From a virus: DNA of 63,884 bases. The notes beneath the pieces were generated by a model. That model saw nothing but the letters and a program-made list of their open reading frames with translations. It made no database searches and was not told where the DNA came from. The stretch lies in the IMG/VR virus record IMGVR_UViG_3300045988_069167; one strand, written 5' to 3'. Below are positions 51,185 to 59,621 of the stretch, piece after piece. A program made the translations under genes and the position numbers. Within the stretch, counting starts at the first letter, position 1. Each line of letters starts with the position of its first letter.

Positions 51185-51568
51185 ATATCAGGATTGACCT
51201 TCCCTGATAGGAGTAGGGATTTCATACGTTTTCCTCCAGTTATCATATCTCTTTGACTATTAAGAATAATGGAATGCAGCCACCTCCGTGACCCATAGCA
51301 GAATTGAGAGTAGGGGAGATACCCTTGGTGGAATAGACTCTGGTCTGCTGCTCTATCCTGCCTTTGATTTGGAGATTTGCCAGCTTTATAATTTTGTCGC
51401 ACATTATAATTTCTTGATGATTAAGACTGCGTTGGCTGCTCTGCCATCTTTTTATGTATATAGTTGGCAAAACCAGCCTTATAATAACCTTTACGGATGG
51501 TTCTACTTAAACCATCTACGTCTGAGTTGATGAGTAGTTTCATGCTTGTAACTTTTTGATTATCAATA

Positions 51569-51576
51569 CCCCCCCC
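51569..51576 (-). repeat. G8 homopolymer (C8 on + strand) at a frame change inside the methyltransferase gene
   Basis: G8 to G9 would fuse ...GVDHFPKGG to GIDNQKVTSMKLLINSDVDGLSRTIRKGYYKAGF... Confidence 0.9.
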
Positions 51577-52417
51577 TTAGGGAAATGGTCAACACCAAGA
51601 AGATTGGCTATGCTGATTCCTGCACCAAACGATGATGTGATGGTCGGGGAGCATCCATCAGCAGTTTTCGGTATTGCTATCTTCGGGGTAGAGTTTTTCG
51701 ATTGATTCATTGATGTCTGCTTTTGTGAGATACTTTTCGAGAAGAGGCTGGGATAGGAAATATTCGGGAGATACATCATCTTCCAATATGTCCTCAACCG
51801 TTGTCTCTAACTTGATAGGCGAAGGGAAGTGATACTCAGGGTTCGGCTCGTCTTCTGTTCTTAGGATGGAGATTACGAAGATACGTTCACGATTCTGTGG
51901 AATCCCATAGTCCTTAGAATTAAGAACCTTGTAAAATGACGTGTAGCCGAAAAAGTCTAAGTCTCTGAGATATTGGAAGAAGTACTTTCTCATCTTCTCT
52001 GACAGGAGTCCTTTCACGTTCTCCAACATCACATATTTCGGTTTCTTGACTGCCAGCATTCTCTTCTCCTGAAAGATGAGGGATGAACGTGTGCCGCTCC
52101 CTTCCTCGCCACCTTGCCTGAGACCTGCATTTGAGAAGTCTTGGCATGGAGAAGACCAACTGATGAAATCGAAGTCGGGAACCTCGTTCCAGTCAATTCT
52201 TGTCACGTCTCCGAAGTTAGGAATATCCCACCCATGCAAAAGTCTGTAGGCTTGAATAGCAGAAGGTTCTATCTCCGAATATCCTACTACCTTGAAGTCA
52301 AACTCAGGATGGTTCTCTTGAAGGTACTTGAAGGCGAGACTCTGGCTGCCATATCCAGCAAATGCCTCGAATACTCTGAGAGGATGCTGCTTGTTGTATT
52401 TGCTGATTGCTATCATC

Positions 52418-52963
52418 TTATTTATGTTTGCTGTTCCATTCTATACCCAAACGCTCCAACGTACCATTGTCACGATATATCTCCAACTGAGATTTACAGA
52501 AGCTCTTTGGATTATTTTCAAGGATTTCTATCATGCCAAAGATGCGTTGTCGAAGGGCTTGGTTCTTTACTTCGTCCGTATTCCGCTCCTGTTCTGCCCT
52601 TGTTTTGGAGATAAGTTGGCTTATCTCAGATGGTTGCTCGTTGATAACTGCTGGCGGTGGTGTCGCTCCGATAAGTTCGTCTTCCCATCCTCGCTGGTTG
52701 AGGAAAGTTTGGAAGTTCTTGCGATATTGCTTGTCGGATTTGGAGAGTACATAGAGAGGAATATACTCTATAGCTGCCTTGCGGTCTTTCTGGCTCATGG
52801 AGTTCCACTTCTTTTCGAGTTTTTCTTTGCAGCCTACCTTCTTGTCGTACAAGTTCCATGCTCGCTCAAAGGTGTATTCGTCTTTGACTTCCTTGGGAGG
52901 AGCCGTAACCTTGTAACCGTTTTCTTTAAGAAGTTGGATGGCTTGTCTGATTTCTTCTGTCAT
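52418..52963 (-). CDS. Conserved-looking phage replication/recombination-module protein, function unknown
   Basis: 181-aa ORF containing FERAWNLYDKKVGCKEKLEKKW...YRKNFQTFLNQRGWEDE. Confidence 0.65.
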   Translation of the reverse strand: MTEEIRQAIQLLKENGYKVTAPPKEVKDEYTFERAWNLYDKKVGCKEKLEKKWNSMSQKDRKAAIEYIPLYVLSKSDKQYRKNFQTFLNQRGWEDELIGATPPPAVINEQPSEISQLISKTRAEQERNTDEVKNQALRQRIFGMIEILENNPKSFCKSQLEIYRDNGTLERLGIEWNSKHK

Positions 52964-53379
52964 AGTTCACCATTTAGATAATTGTCGATAGCTTCCATAA
53001 ATTCGTCTATAGAACGGATGATGATGTACTTTCCTCCGTGCCGCTCCGCTTCACACTGAAACACCTTCTGTTCTGGCTCTTGTCTGCCTTTCGGTGTCTT
53101 GTTTTCAATGCAGAGGAATCCATACTGAGAGGTGCGCTTCAGGAGCAGCATATCAGAAACTCCTGCCTTCATGCCTTCTTCTTTCAGCCATGCGGCTTGT
53201 CGTGAGGTTCGCTTGCCGCCATTTGGAACGGCAAAGAAGACACCTTCAAGGTCAGGATATACCCCACGGATATACCTGACCTCTGCGGCTTGCAAGTTGT
53301 GCTCATCATAGGATGAACGCTTGCGTATTTTCTTGCCTTCCTCTTCTAACTTTGCCTTGATTTCAGCGTATGATGTCAT
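52960..53379 (-). CDS. VRR-NUC domain nuclease
   Basis: GVSDMLLL...FLCIENKTPKGRQEPEQKVF...GGKYIIIRSIDEF shows the PD-(D/E)XK D...ExK pattern typical of VRR-NUC. Confidence 0.7.
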   Translation of the reverse strand: MTSYAEIKAKLEEEGKKIRKRSSYDEHNLQAAEVRYIRGVYPDLEGVFFAVPNGGKRTSRQAAWLKEEGMKAGVSDMLLLKRTSQYGFLCIENKTPKGRQEPEQKVFQCEAERHGGKYIIIRSIDEFMEAIDNYLNGEL

Positions 53380-54122
53380 TACCAGTCTTCGTTGAAAAGG
53401 TCGTTGAGAGAAGCTTCACCCATCAGGCGGATGGCTTCCCTTGCAAGTTCTTCCGTCTTGAAATAGATTGCTCCTGCTTGGTATTTGTCATTGGCAAGAA
53501 AACAATACTCACCAGTACAATCCTTGCAAATTGTATAATGACTTGAGTAAGTAAAGTCAGGTTTCCATCCCTTGTTGAGATACTTGGCGATGTTCTGCAA
53601 CTTATTGAAAGCGACCATACGTTTACACTGAGCTTCGGATGCGCAGTTGTTTATGTCGTTGTAGCTATTTTCATTTGTTATCGCATATAAGATACGGGTA
53701 CCACCAACCCAATATGCAGTCTTTCCATAGCAGAGTTCTTTGAGAACATCATCATAAGTGATAGGCTTGTCTTCCTTGTCATCAGGAGCAGTCTCATGTT
53801 CCGTCTTCTTGCGAACCATCAACTTGCAATCCTCATCGAAGAAGAACTGGAGGTTATCAGGGGTAGGAACCTCGGTGGCTGTTCCGTCATTTTTGACGAT
53901 AACAGAAGACTCTACATGGTTGCCAACCTTTTTGATTCCTGTGTGTGGCTCGTCATTTGGGTGGTCATTCTTTGCCGCCTTATCCATCAAGACACTGGCA
54001 ATCATATCAGCACCCTTGCCAAGGAGTGCTCCAAAAATCATTTGAGCGAATGGAGATACCTCTGAATTGTTGTTGCGCTGACGATTATGTCTGTTGTTGC
54101 GCTTGTCGTTTCTACGTGTCAT
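53379..54122 (-). CDS. Hypothetical protein
   Basis: ATG at 54122 (MTRRNDKRNN) lies 1 nt after the upstream TGA. Basic N-terminus. Confidence 0.6.
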   Translation of the reverse strand: MTRRNDKRNNRHNRQRNNNSEVSPFAQMIFGALLGKGADMIASVLMDKAAKNDHPNDEPHTGIKKVGNHVESSVIVKNDGTATEVPTPDNLQFFFDEDCKLMVRKKTEHETAPDDKEDKPITYDDVLKELCYGKTAYWVGGTRILYAITNENSYNDINNCASEAQCKRMVAFNKLQNIAKYLNKGWKPDFTYSSHYTICKDCTGEYCFLANDKYQAGAIYFKTEELAREAIRLMGEASLNDLFNEDW

Positions 54123-54123
54123 A

Positions 54124-54561
54124 TCAACTATAATTTTGTAAAATGTTATTAAACTCGTCTTCTGTAACACCATTTGCTACCATGATGGTAAGAATGGTGT
54201 CTAATACCTTGGAATATACATCGTTAAAGGCTGGCTCATCCATCTTGGCGAATGAGATAGACTTGGCTCTCTCCAAGAACTTCTGTCCGTTGAGGTCGTA
54301 GAGCGGTTCGCTGAATCCTGATGTTATCAGAAGCTGCTCACGGAATGTGTCTATTGAGCGTAGGTTGGTGCGCTGCTGCTCTGTAAGACAATCCCATGCC
54401 GCACGGATAAGAGCGAAGAACTTGCGATGAAATTTGATGTTCCTTGGTCGGACGATATTCGCCTTGACGATGGAACCAACCTTTATCTTTTTCATTTCCT
54501 CGTAATCATCATCCGAGTATGGACGAAGACCAGTGGTTGTTCGTACAAGATGGATTTCCAT
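54124..54561 (-). CDS. Conserved phage protein (resembles the DUF1367 family)
   Basis: 145 aa with NIVRPRNIKFHRKFFALIRAAWD. The family assignment is from memory and unverified. Confidence 0.6.
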   Translation of the reverse strand: MEIHLVRTTTGLRPYSDDDYEEMKKIKVGSIVKANIVRPRNIKFHRKFFALIRAAWDCLTEQQRTNLRSIDTFREQLLITSGFSEPLYDLNGQKFLERAKSISFAKMDEPAFNDVYSKVLDTILTIMVANGVTEDEFNNILQNYS

Positions 54562-54571
54562 ACCTTATTTA

Positions 54572-55021
54572 TTAACGTTGAGGGAATGGGATATTTCCTT
54601 GCTGACGTCCTGAATATAGAACACCCTGCTGAGTAGCTTGACCGCTCGCATTAACCTGTGGGGGAAATTGTTGCTGAGGTGGTGCGTAATATCCACCCTG
54701 CTGCTGAGGGTTCTGAGAAACCTGACCTTGCGGTTGAGTGCTTGGTCGGTCAACTTTCCAGCAGTCTAACTGATTGAACCAGCGTCCTTCCTTAGACTGA
54801 CGTGCTTTCAGTCCGATGTGAGCGGTGATGATTTCGCCTAACTGGATATTGAACTGCTGCAACTTGTCAGAGCCATACACTTGGATAACGGCTCTTGAAG
54901 GGTATTGCTCGTTTAACTCCTCAATCGTGTATTCACACGAACTCCATTGAGTTCCGTTTTGGGAAGTTCCCGTTTGAACTTGCCCTGCTGCAATAATCTT
55001 GCCTGTAAACTTTACATTCAT
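54572..55021 (-). CDS. ssb: Single-stranded DNA-binding protein (Bacteroidota DUF3127-like OB fold)
   Basis: N-terminal MNVKFTGKIIAAGQVQTGTSQNGTQWSSCEYTIEE...YPSRAVIQVYGSDK, followed by a Gln/Pro-rich tail ending in IPF-like residues. Confidence 0.65.
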   Translation of the reverse strand: MNVKFTGKIIAAGQVQTGTSQNGTQWSSCEYTIEELNEQYPSRAVIQVYGSDKLQQFNIQLGEIITAHIGLKARQSKEGRWFNQLDCWKVDRPSTQPQGQVSQNPQQQGGYYAPPQQQFPPQVNASGQATQQGVLYSGRQQGNIPFPQR

Positions 55022-55029
55022 ATTGTTAC

Positions 55030-55950
55030 TTAATTAAGTTTGATTCTTAATGACGGCTTGGTTGTCGTATCTTTCAGATAGTACTCGTAGTGCTCTGGCT
55101 CCGTATCTTTGAAAAGCTTCATGTCAAAGGTTTTCTTGGTGGTAGCCGCCACATAAGAGTAAGAGGCGATATTAGTCTTGATGGATTTCTGCTTGTTGTC
55201 CTCCATCATCTTCATTATCTTTTCCTTCAAGCCGTCCTGCACAATCTTCATTGCATCAATACGAGCGGTTATCAGGCGATATTCCTGCTCCAATGACGAG
55301 AACTGTTCAGGTACTTCTACCTTATACTGATAGTCTGCATCGTCTGTGAGATAAGCGTTGATTAACTCATCTATCTGCTCATCTGATACTCTTGGTAGCG
55401 GCTGGAACTTGCTCTGTCCGTTCTTGAACCACATACAAACAATCTCCTTCACTTTCAGGTCGGGGTTCTGTTCCTCGAACCATTTAGCATAGATGGATAA
55501 CTGGAGAGATACGTTGTCGTAGTGCAGGGTGGCGGTGGTCTTGTAGTCAACAAGATAGATATTGCCTTCATCGTCCGCAAAGATACCATCTATGGCTGAT
55601 GCAAAGTTTTCTCCATCCGTTACAAGATACTCGGATGCGACATAGTGCAATCCGTATGAGACTAACATATCGGAGAAGGCTTGAAGCTCCTCTGTAGGAT
55701 TTGGGTACTTCTTGATGTCTGCATCGAAGATGGAGCAGAAGGTTTCAAAGGTGTTGTGGATGAGACCTCCACGCTCTGCTGCCTTCATCAGTACGGATTC
55801 TGGAATATTCTTGTAGGTGTCAGGGAACGCTTTCTTGATGAGCGTTCCTGTTACACCTTTCAGTTCCTTCTTGCCGAGGAAGTACTGATGAGATTCTTCA
55901 ATGAATGTAACCTTCGGTTCGTTTAACGTGATTTTCTTTACTTCTGTCAT
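55030..55950 (-). CDS. PD-(D/E)XK family recombination exonuclease
   Basis: 306 aa with IDGIFADDEGNIYLVDYKTT (D...D/E-x-K). Adjacent to the ERF annealase gene. Confidence 0.65.
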   Translation of the reverse strand: MTEVKKITLNEPKVTFIEESHQYFLGKKELKGVTGTLIKKAFPDTYKNIPESVLMKAAERGGLIHNTFETFCSIFDADIKKYPNPTEELQAFSDMLVSYGLHYVASEYLVTDGENFASAIDGIFADDEGNIYLVDYKTTATLHYDNVSLQLSIYAKWFEEQNPDLKVKEIVCMWFKNGQSKFQPLPRVSDEQIDELINAYLTDDADYQYKVEVPEQFSSLEQEYRLITARIDAMKIVQDGLKEKIMKMMEDNKQKSIKTNIASYSYVAATTKKTFDMKLFKDTEPEHYEYYLKDTTTKPSLRIKLN

Positions 55951-56567
55951 TATTGTATTCCTAATTGTTTTTTCTTAGCTGATACTGCTTGCATGAACTG
56001 AGGGTTGGCGGTAAGCGGCTTGTAAGTTTGGACTACCCATATCAGGTTGTCCTTATTAACACATCTACTCAGATACTCCATGCCTTCATTCAGGTCGTTT
56101 GGGTGATACTGGGGTGTTGCTGGCTGCTGGGTAGGTTGAGCGGCTTGTGCTTGTGGGCTTGCTTGCTGCTGCGCTGCCTGATGCTGACCATCGTTGGTCG
56201 TATCGGAATCTGCATTATCGTCAATAGCCAAGAGTCCGTTGAGGGCATACTTCCTTGCATAGGATGATGAAGCTCCAGTAATCTGACTGCCGTCCATACC
56301 CTTCTTGGTTTCCTCTTCTCTTGCCCATCCAGTAGATGTCTCGTACTCGCCCTTCTCATTCTTGATAGTAGCGGTAGCCTTCACGTAGATGCGGCTGCCA
56401 ACCATTACAATATCATCTGTAATGATGAGGGTACATTTCTGCTTTGCTAGCAATGGCTTGACGGATTCAAGAATGTCCTCTGCCTTGCGATACTTGTAGC
56501 CACCGAATTTATTGTATTGTGTCTTCGGGGCTTTCAGTTCAGACTGAATTGTAATTAATTCCTTCAT
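55950..56567 (-). CDS. erf: ERF-family single-strand annealing protein
   Basis: NKFGGYKYRKAEDILESVKPLL...IYVKATATI...GASSSYARKYALNGLLAIDD. Confidence 0.8.
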   Translation of the reverse strand: MKELITIQSELKAPKTQYNKFGGYKYRKAEDILESVKPLLAKQKCTLIITDDIVMVGSRIYVKATATIKNEKGEYETSTGWAREEETKKGMDGSQITGASSSYARKYALNGLLAIDDNADSDTTNDGQHQAAQQQASPQAQAAQPTQQPATPQYHPNDLNEGMEYLSRCVNKDNLIWVVQTYKPLTANPQFMQAVSAKKKQLGIQ

Positions 56568-56730
56568 ATCTAATTATGTATTAAGTTTATCAACCATGTC
56601 TCCACTCCCAATACTTACAGGAATAATCTGTCCTTGGGTCTGCCTTTGGATCCTTGCATGAGCCATACAGCATGCAATCATGGCATCCCCTAGCTCTGAA
56701 TGTTACCATAATCGTATTTTTTTAGAAATT

Positions 56731-56763
56731 AAAAAAGCCCGACTATTCTCACGAACCATCGGG
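56731..56763 (-). terminator. Rho-independent terminator (minus strand)
   Basis: Minus strand reads CCCGA(16 nt)TCGGG C TTTTTT. Confidence 0.55.
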
Positions 56764-56830
56764 ATAAGTTATCAACTATAAAAATATGGTTTAAAAATGC
56801 AATCTATAATGTAGTTATGTACTTTCCATT

Positions 56831-56878
56831 GAAAATGGCGGTGGTGTCCGAGGCACTTAGTTCCACTTCACCACCGCC
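56831..56878 (-). terminator. GC-rich 10-bp hairpin followed by ATTTTC (minus strand): possible 3' end of the ncRNA/tRNA transcript
   Basis: ggcggtggtg (56837-56846) pairs with caccaccgcc (56869-56878). Confidence 0.45.
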
Positions 56879-57283
56879 CCTAGTGAGCCGAGCCACGCTT
56901 TCGCCTAAGGACATCAACTAGGTTCCACTCTGCATTTATGGAGGCTTGTGACTCCCAGCACTAATTTCCGCACATATATAACAAAATTAAATATATGGGT
57001 TGCGAATTGCATCATCTATTCCAGATCGTGCTGGCTGCATTAGAACCGAATTGTAGTTGTGCGCTCCTACCTTTCTGCTACATTATCTTTAATGGTCACG
57101 GCATAAGGTCTGCATCCTCACAAGTGAACTCCAAGACGTTCCCATATCCACCTATAGTGTAGGTAATAGCCTTGCCACATCCTCGTCTAATCGTATGTTG
57201 TGGTTGCATACGCTGCTTTTGGCTGCGAGTACCTCTTTAGGAAGGTTTATCCTATCCGATACGAAGCCTTGGAATCAGGCTAT
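56879..57283 (-). ncRNA. Candidate large structured non-coding RNA immediately 3' of the tRNA
   Basis: No ORF of 60 aa or more in any frame from 56568 to 57613. G+C is unusually high for an intergenic region (30 of 60 in 56881-56940). Several local hairpins are present (57264-57280, 57149-57163, 56969-57004). The region is bounded by the tRNA and by terminator-like hairpins. Confidence 0.3.
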
Positions 57284-57363
57284 TGGGACGCAAGGTGGGA
57301 CTTGAACCCACGACACATGAAGGCTATGAACCTTCCTGTTCTGACCATCTGAGCTACTTGCGT
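57284..57363 (-). tRNA. tRNA-like gene, anticodon CAT (Met/Ile2-type), encoded CCA, non-canonical details
   Basis: Minus strand reads ACGCAAG-TA-GCTCAGATGGTCAGAAC-AG-GAAGG-TTCATAG-CCTTC-ATGTGTC-GTGGG-TTCAAGT-CCCAC-CTTGCGT-C-CCA. Good acceptor, anticodon and T arms. The D stem has a C.A mismatch, there is an extra junction nucleotide and the variable loop is 7 nt. Confidence 0.7.
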
Positions 57364-57613
57364 CAATAACAACTATTACAAAACATTCCTGGCTGGTGGT
57401 GAGTGGAAGTAGTGAACTTCAAAAAACCTCCACTATAACAAACAATATCAACAACGCTAATTATATTTTTTATCTATTATGAACTTTATTTGAGGTTCAC
57501 TCACCATATTTTATTTGCCCCATTCCTTGAATGAGCGGTAAATCTCATTTGTCATTACGCAAAAAGCGAAAATTGACAATAATAACATGACTGTTTGGAA
57601 CATATTTATACTT

Positions 57614-57895
57614 TTAATGGGTTGCACAATAGGCTGCTGCCTCTGATTCTATCTCTGTCATACTCTTCGAGCGGTTCTGCATCATCCAGCCTTCCAACTC
57701 GCTCTTCTTGAAGTAGAGTCGGTTGACGTTCGGCTTGTAGCAAGGTAGGATGTGGTTCCTGACATTCATCCTGACTCCTTCTACGGTCATGCCGAGTATA
57801 AATGCAGCTTCCTTGATGTTGAGCATTGACTTAGCCGCTATCATCGAATACTGCTCGATGCGGTCTAACTGCTCTTTTATCTCTTGTTCTATCAT
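57614..57895 (-). CDS. Excisionase-family (MerR-like) HTH DNA-binding protein
   Basis: LNIKEAAFILGMTVEGVRMNVRNHILPCYKPNVNRLYFKKSELEGWM. The ATG at 57895 is preferred over the tracked GTG. Confidence 0.7.
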   Translation of the reverse strand: MIEQEIKEQLDRIEQYSMIAAKSMLNIKEAAFILGMTVEGVRMNVRNHILPCYKPNVNRLYFKKSELEGWMMQNRSKSMTEIESEAAAYCATH

Positions 57896-57914
57896 ATCAG
57901 TTGAATTTGATGGT

Positions 57915-58790
57915 TTACTGACAGGCACCAGTTGTCTTTGGCGACTCTGTTCTACCAGTGCCCTTACTGCTGGGAGTACATTCCTGCTCTATTAAGGGGA
58001 GAATGCCCTTCGATTTGAGTGCATCATAAAGGAATATTCTTCCCTTGGTTGTCCACTCGGTGTTGTACTTCACGTCATGCCTTCCGTCTGAACGGATGAT
58101 GTCAACTGCCCTGCTATGAACGTAGCCGCCAGTAAGGAACTGTCCGTACAATATCCACTGACCTCGAACCTTATGCTGAATCTTCATCGCTTCCAGTTCC
58201 TTGTTCATCTTGATGGCACTCATACCGTAGTCCTGCGCTATCTGGGTGATGGTCATGGTGGCATTGCTCTGCAAGATTTTGTCGTAATAGCTAACCTTTG
58301 GCAGCATATCGGTAATCTTGTTGCCAAGTTCCATGTTCACCTTGCTGATAGTGAGGATGGTTGCTTGCTGCTGCTTGTTCTCCAAGGCTAGCTGCTCACG
58401 CTCTTCTTCTGCCTTGACCAGAGATTTGAGGGCTTCGAGATAGTTCTGAGGGACGGATGGCTTAGATTGCTCAATCTGTCTCTTCATAGCGTTGAAGGCT
58501 TCGATGTATTTCAGTTTGAACTCCATCGCCTTCTTGCCGTTGAATCCCATCGCCAGCAGAGTGAAACCATCTTGGTTCATGATGAACATTGGATAACTCT
58601 GTTTATTCTGCTCATTGATGTAGGTCGTTTCCTCAAACATCGGGGTCTGCTCATTTTTGAGCACACCCCCTTCGATGAGGTTTTTAATGTCTCTTACAAC
58701 ATTGCGGTGCTCTTTGCCAAAGACCTCAGCAACCAGTTTGCTATTTGTTAGAGGTTGGTTGCTTTCACCTCTGTAAACGATTTCATTCAT
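57915..58790 (-). CDS. Phage antirepressor / regulatory protein (Rha-like N-terminus, KilAC-like C-terminus)
   Basis: N-terminus LTNSKLVAEVFGKEHRNVVRDIKNLIE. C-terminus MTITQIAQDYGMSAIKMNKELEAMKIQHKVRGQWILY. Confidence 0.75.
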   Translation of the reverse strand: MNEIVYRGESNQPLTNSKLVAEVFGKEHRNVVRDIKNLIEGGVLKNEQTPMFEETTYINEQNKQSYPMFIMNQDGFTLLAMGFNGKKAMEFKLKYIEAFNAMKRQIEQSKPSVPQNYLEALKSLVKAEEEREQLALENKQQQATILTISKVNMELGNKITDMLPKVSYYDKILQSNATMTITQIAQDYGMSAIKMNKELEAMKIQHKVRGQWILYGQFLTGGYVHSRAVDIIRSDGRHDVKYNTEWTTKGRIFLYDALKSKGILPLIEQECTPSSKGTGRTESPKTTGACQ

Positions 58791-58900
58791 AAGTTTCCTC
58801 CAGTTTTAAAATCGGGCGGTAGTGTATGAAACAGAAAGTGACAAATTTTCATTTTATACATTATTATATCTACCGTTGCCCGATTGTAATTTTTATTTTG

Positions 58901-58908
58901 TACCTTTG
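58901..58908 (+). promoter_or_regulatory. -7 box TACCTTTG
   Basis: 40 nt upstream of the ATG at 58948. Confidence 0.45.
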
Positions 58909-58947
58909 CGGTTGACAAATTTTTATTTTAACTTAATTCAATTTCGT

Positions 58948-59163
58948 ATGAAACAGAAAATCGTACATCTACATTCTAAAGTAAACGAGAATGGTACTCT
59001 CGTAGATTTTGACCTTGATGAAGAAATCAAGAAGTTGGGAAGAGACAACTATGTTGTTAAGCAAATCACTTCATCTTCTTCATGTCAGTATTATCCAAAC
59101 AAGCCAACAGAAACATTTGTTCATGTTTTCTTACTTGTGGAAAATAACCTCGAAGCTCTTTAG
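58948..59163 (+). CDS. Hypothetical small protein
   Basis: 71 aa counted from MKQKIVHLHSK. The tracked upstream start lies across the promoter. Confidence 0.5.
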   Translation: MKQKIVHLHSKVNENGTLVDFDLDEEIKKLGRDNYVVKQITSSSSCQYYPNKPTETFVHVFLLVENNLEAL

Positions 59164-59343
59164 TTTCTCGATTTCTACAGAGTTGTTCTTTAGATAATAA
59201 GTACATAAGTAAACTCTGTATTTCCATTCTATTATTGGCGAGTTATATACCCAGTTGAAGCATTCTTCAAAGTTGGTACATGATTCGCCAAGAATATAGA
59301 ACATCTTAATCCTCAGCCATGTTCTGAATAATCTCTTAATCAT
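59131..59343 (-). CDS. Hypothetical small protein
   Basis: 70 aa counted from MIKRLFRTW. GGAGGT lies 4 nt upstream. The 3' end overlaps the convergent gene by 33 nt. Confidence 0.5.
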   Translation of the reverse strand: MIKRLFRTWLRIKMFYILGESCTNFEECFNWVYNSPIIEWKYRVYLCTYYLKNNSVEIEKLKSFEVIFHK

Positions 59344-59356
59344 ACTCACCTCCTTC

Positions 59357-59554
59357 CTAATAGAACACGACCTTTTCGGTCTCTACTCCTCCGAAGTCAT
59401 TCAAAGCATCTTGCCTGATGTCCTCGGACTGCTTGCTCTGACTCCGAAACGCAAGAGCGTTGAAGATTGTCTCTCTGCAACAACCATATCGCTCGGCAAG
59501 TTTTTTTCGTCCTTCAAGCGGAACTTTGATAATTTTTATCTTTTTTGTTTGCAT
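59357..59554 (-). CDS. Cro-like small HTH regulator
   Basis: 65 aa with GRKKLAERYGCCRETIFNAL. Divergent from the CI-like repressor gene. Confidence 0.6.
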   Translation of the reverse strand: MQTKKIKIIKVPLEGRKKLAERYGCCRETIFNALAFRSQSKQSEDIRQDALNDFGGVETEKVVFY

Positions 59555-59571
59555 AACTTAATTTTTTGTTG

Positions 59572-59579
59572 TACTTTTG
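59572..59579 (+). promoter_or_regulatory. -7 box TACTTTTG with TTTG 20 nt upstream (rightward, repressor side)
   Basis: TTTG at 59548-59551 and TACTTTTG at 59572-59579. Confidence 0.5.
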
Positions 59580-59613
59580 CTTTTAATAATTAAGCACTTA
59601 TTGTTTACGAGTG

Positions 59614-59621
59614 CAAAGGTA
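59614..59621 (-). promoter_or_regulatory. -7 box TACCTTTG (minus strand; leftward, Cro side)
   Basis: caaaggta on the + strand, 60 nt upstream of the ATG at 59554. Confidence 0.45.

Larger units (their letters stand above)
50793..52416 (-). pseudogene. DNA (cytosine-5) methyltransferase with several TRD-like segments, disrupted by multiple frameshifts
   Basis: The N-terminal ORF 51658-52416 carries motifs I FAGYGS, IV SPCQDFS, VI ENV and VIII QNRERIF. The C-terminal ORF 50793-51146 carries IX TPRDCFRLMG and X AGNSIV in a different frame. The intervening 510 nt encode DGCSPTIT, DGLSRTIR, KGISPTLN and QGISPTIK segments scattered over two frames. Confidence 0.75.

Noticed and set aside
51421-51660. 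Stop-codon reassignment (TAG or TGA recoding, as seen in some gut phages) as an explanation for the interrupted methyltransferase gene.
   Set aside because: The gaps contain TGA, TAG and TAA, and they require frame changes, not just read-through. All other long genes terminate normally, and TAA, TAG and TGA are all used as stops.
56785-56799. A 15-nt exact repeat tatggtttaaaaatg, shared between the ORF-free region and the repressor upstream region (59685-59699).
   Set aside because: For a 64-kb AT-rich sequence, about two exact 15-mer repeats are expected by chance on uniform base composition, and more with AT bias. There is no supporting symmetry or positional logic.
56837-56878. The minus-strand sequence GGGGCGGTGGTG... 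considered as the 5' end of a tmRNA.
   Set aside because: The G-rich arm pairs locally with caccaccgcc 22 nt away. There is no downstream T-arm/ACCA 3' end, and no tag reading frame was found.
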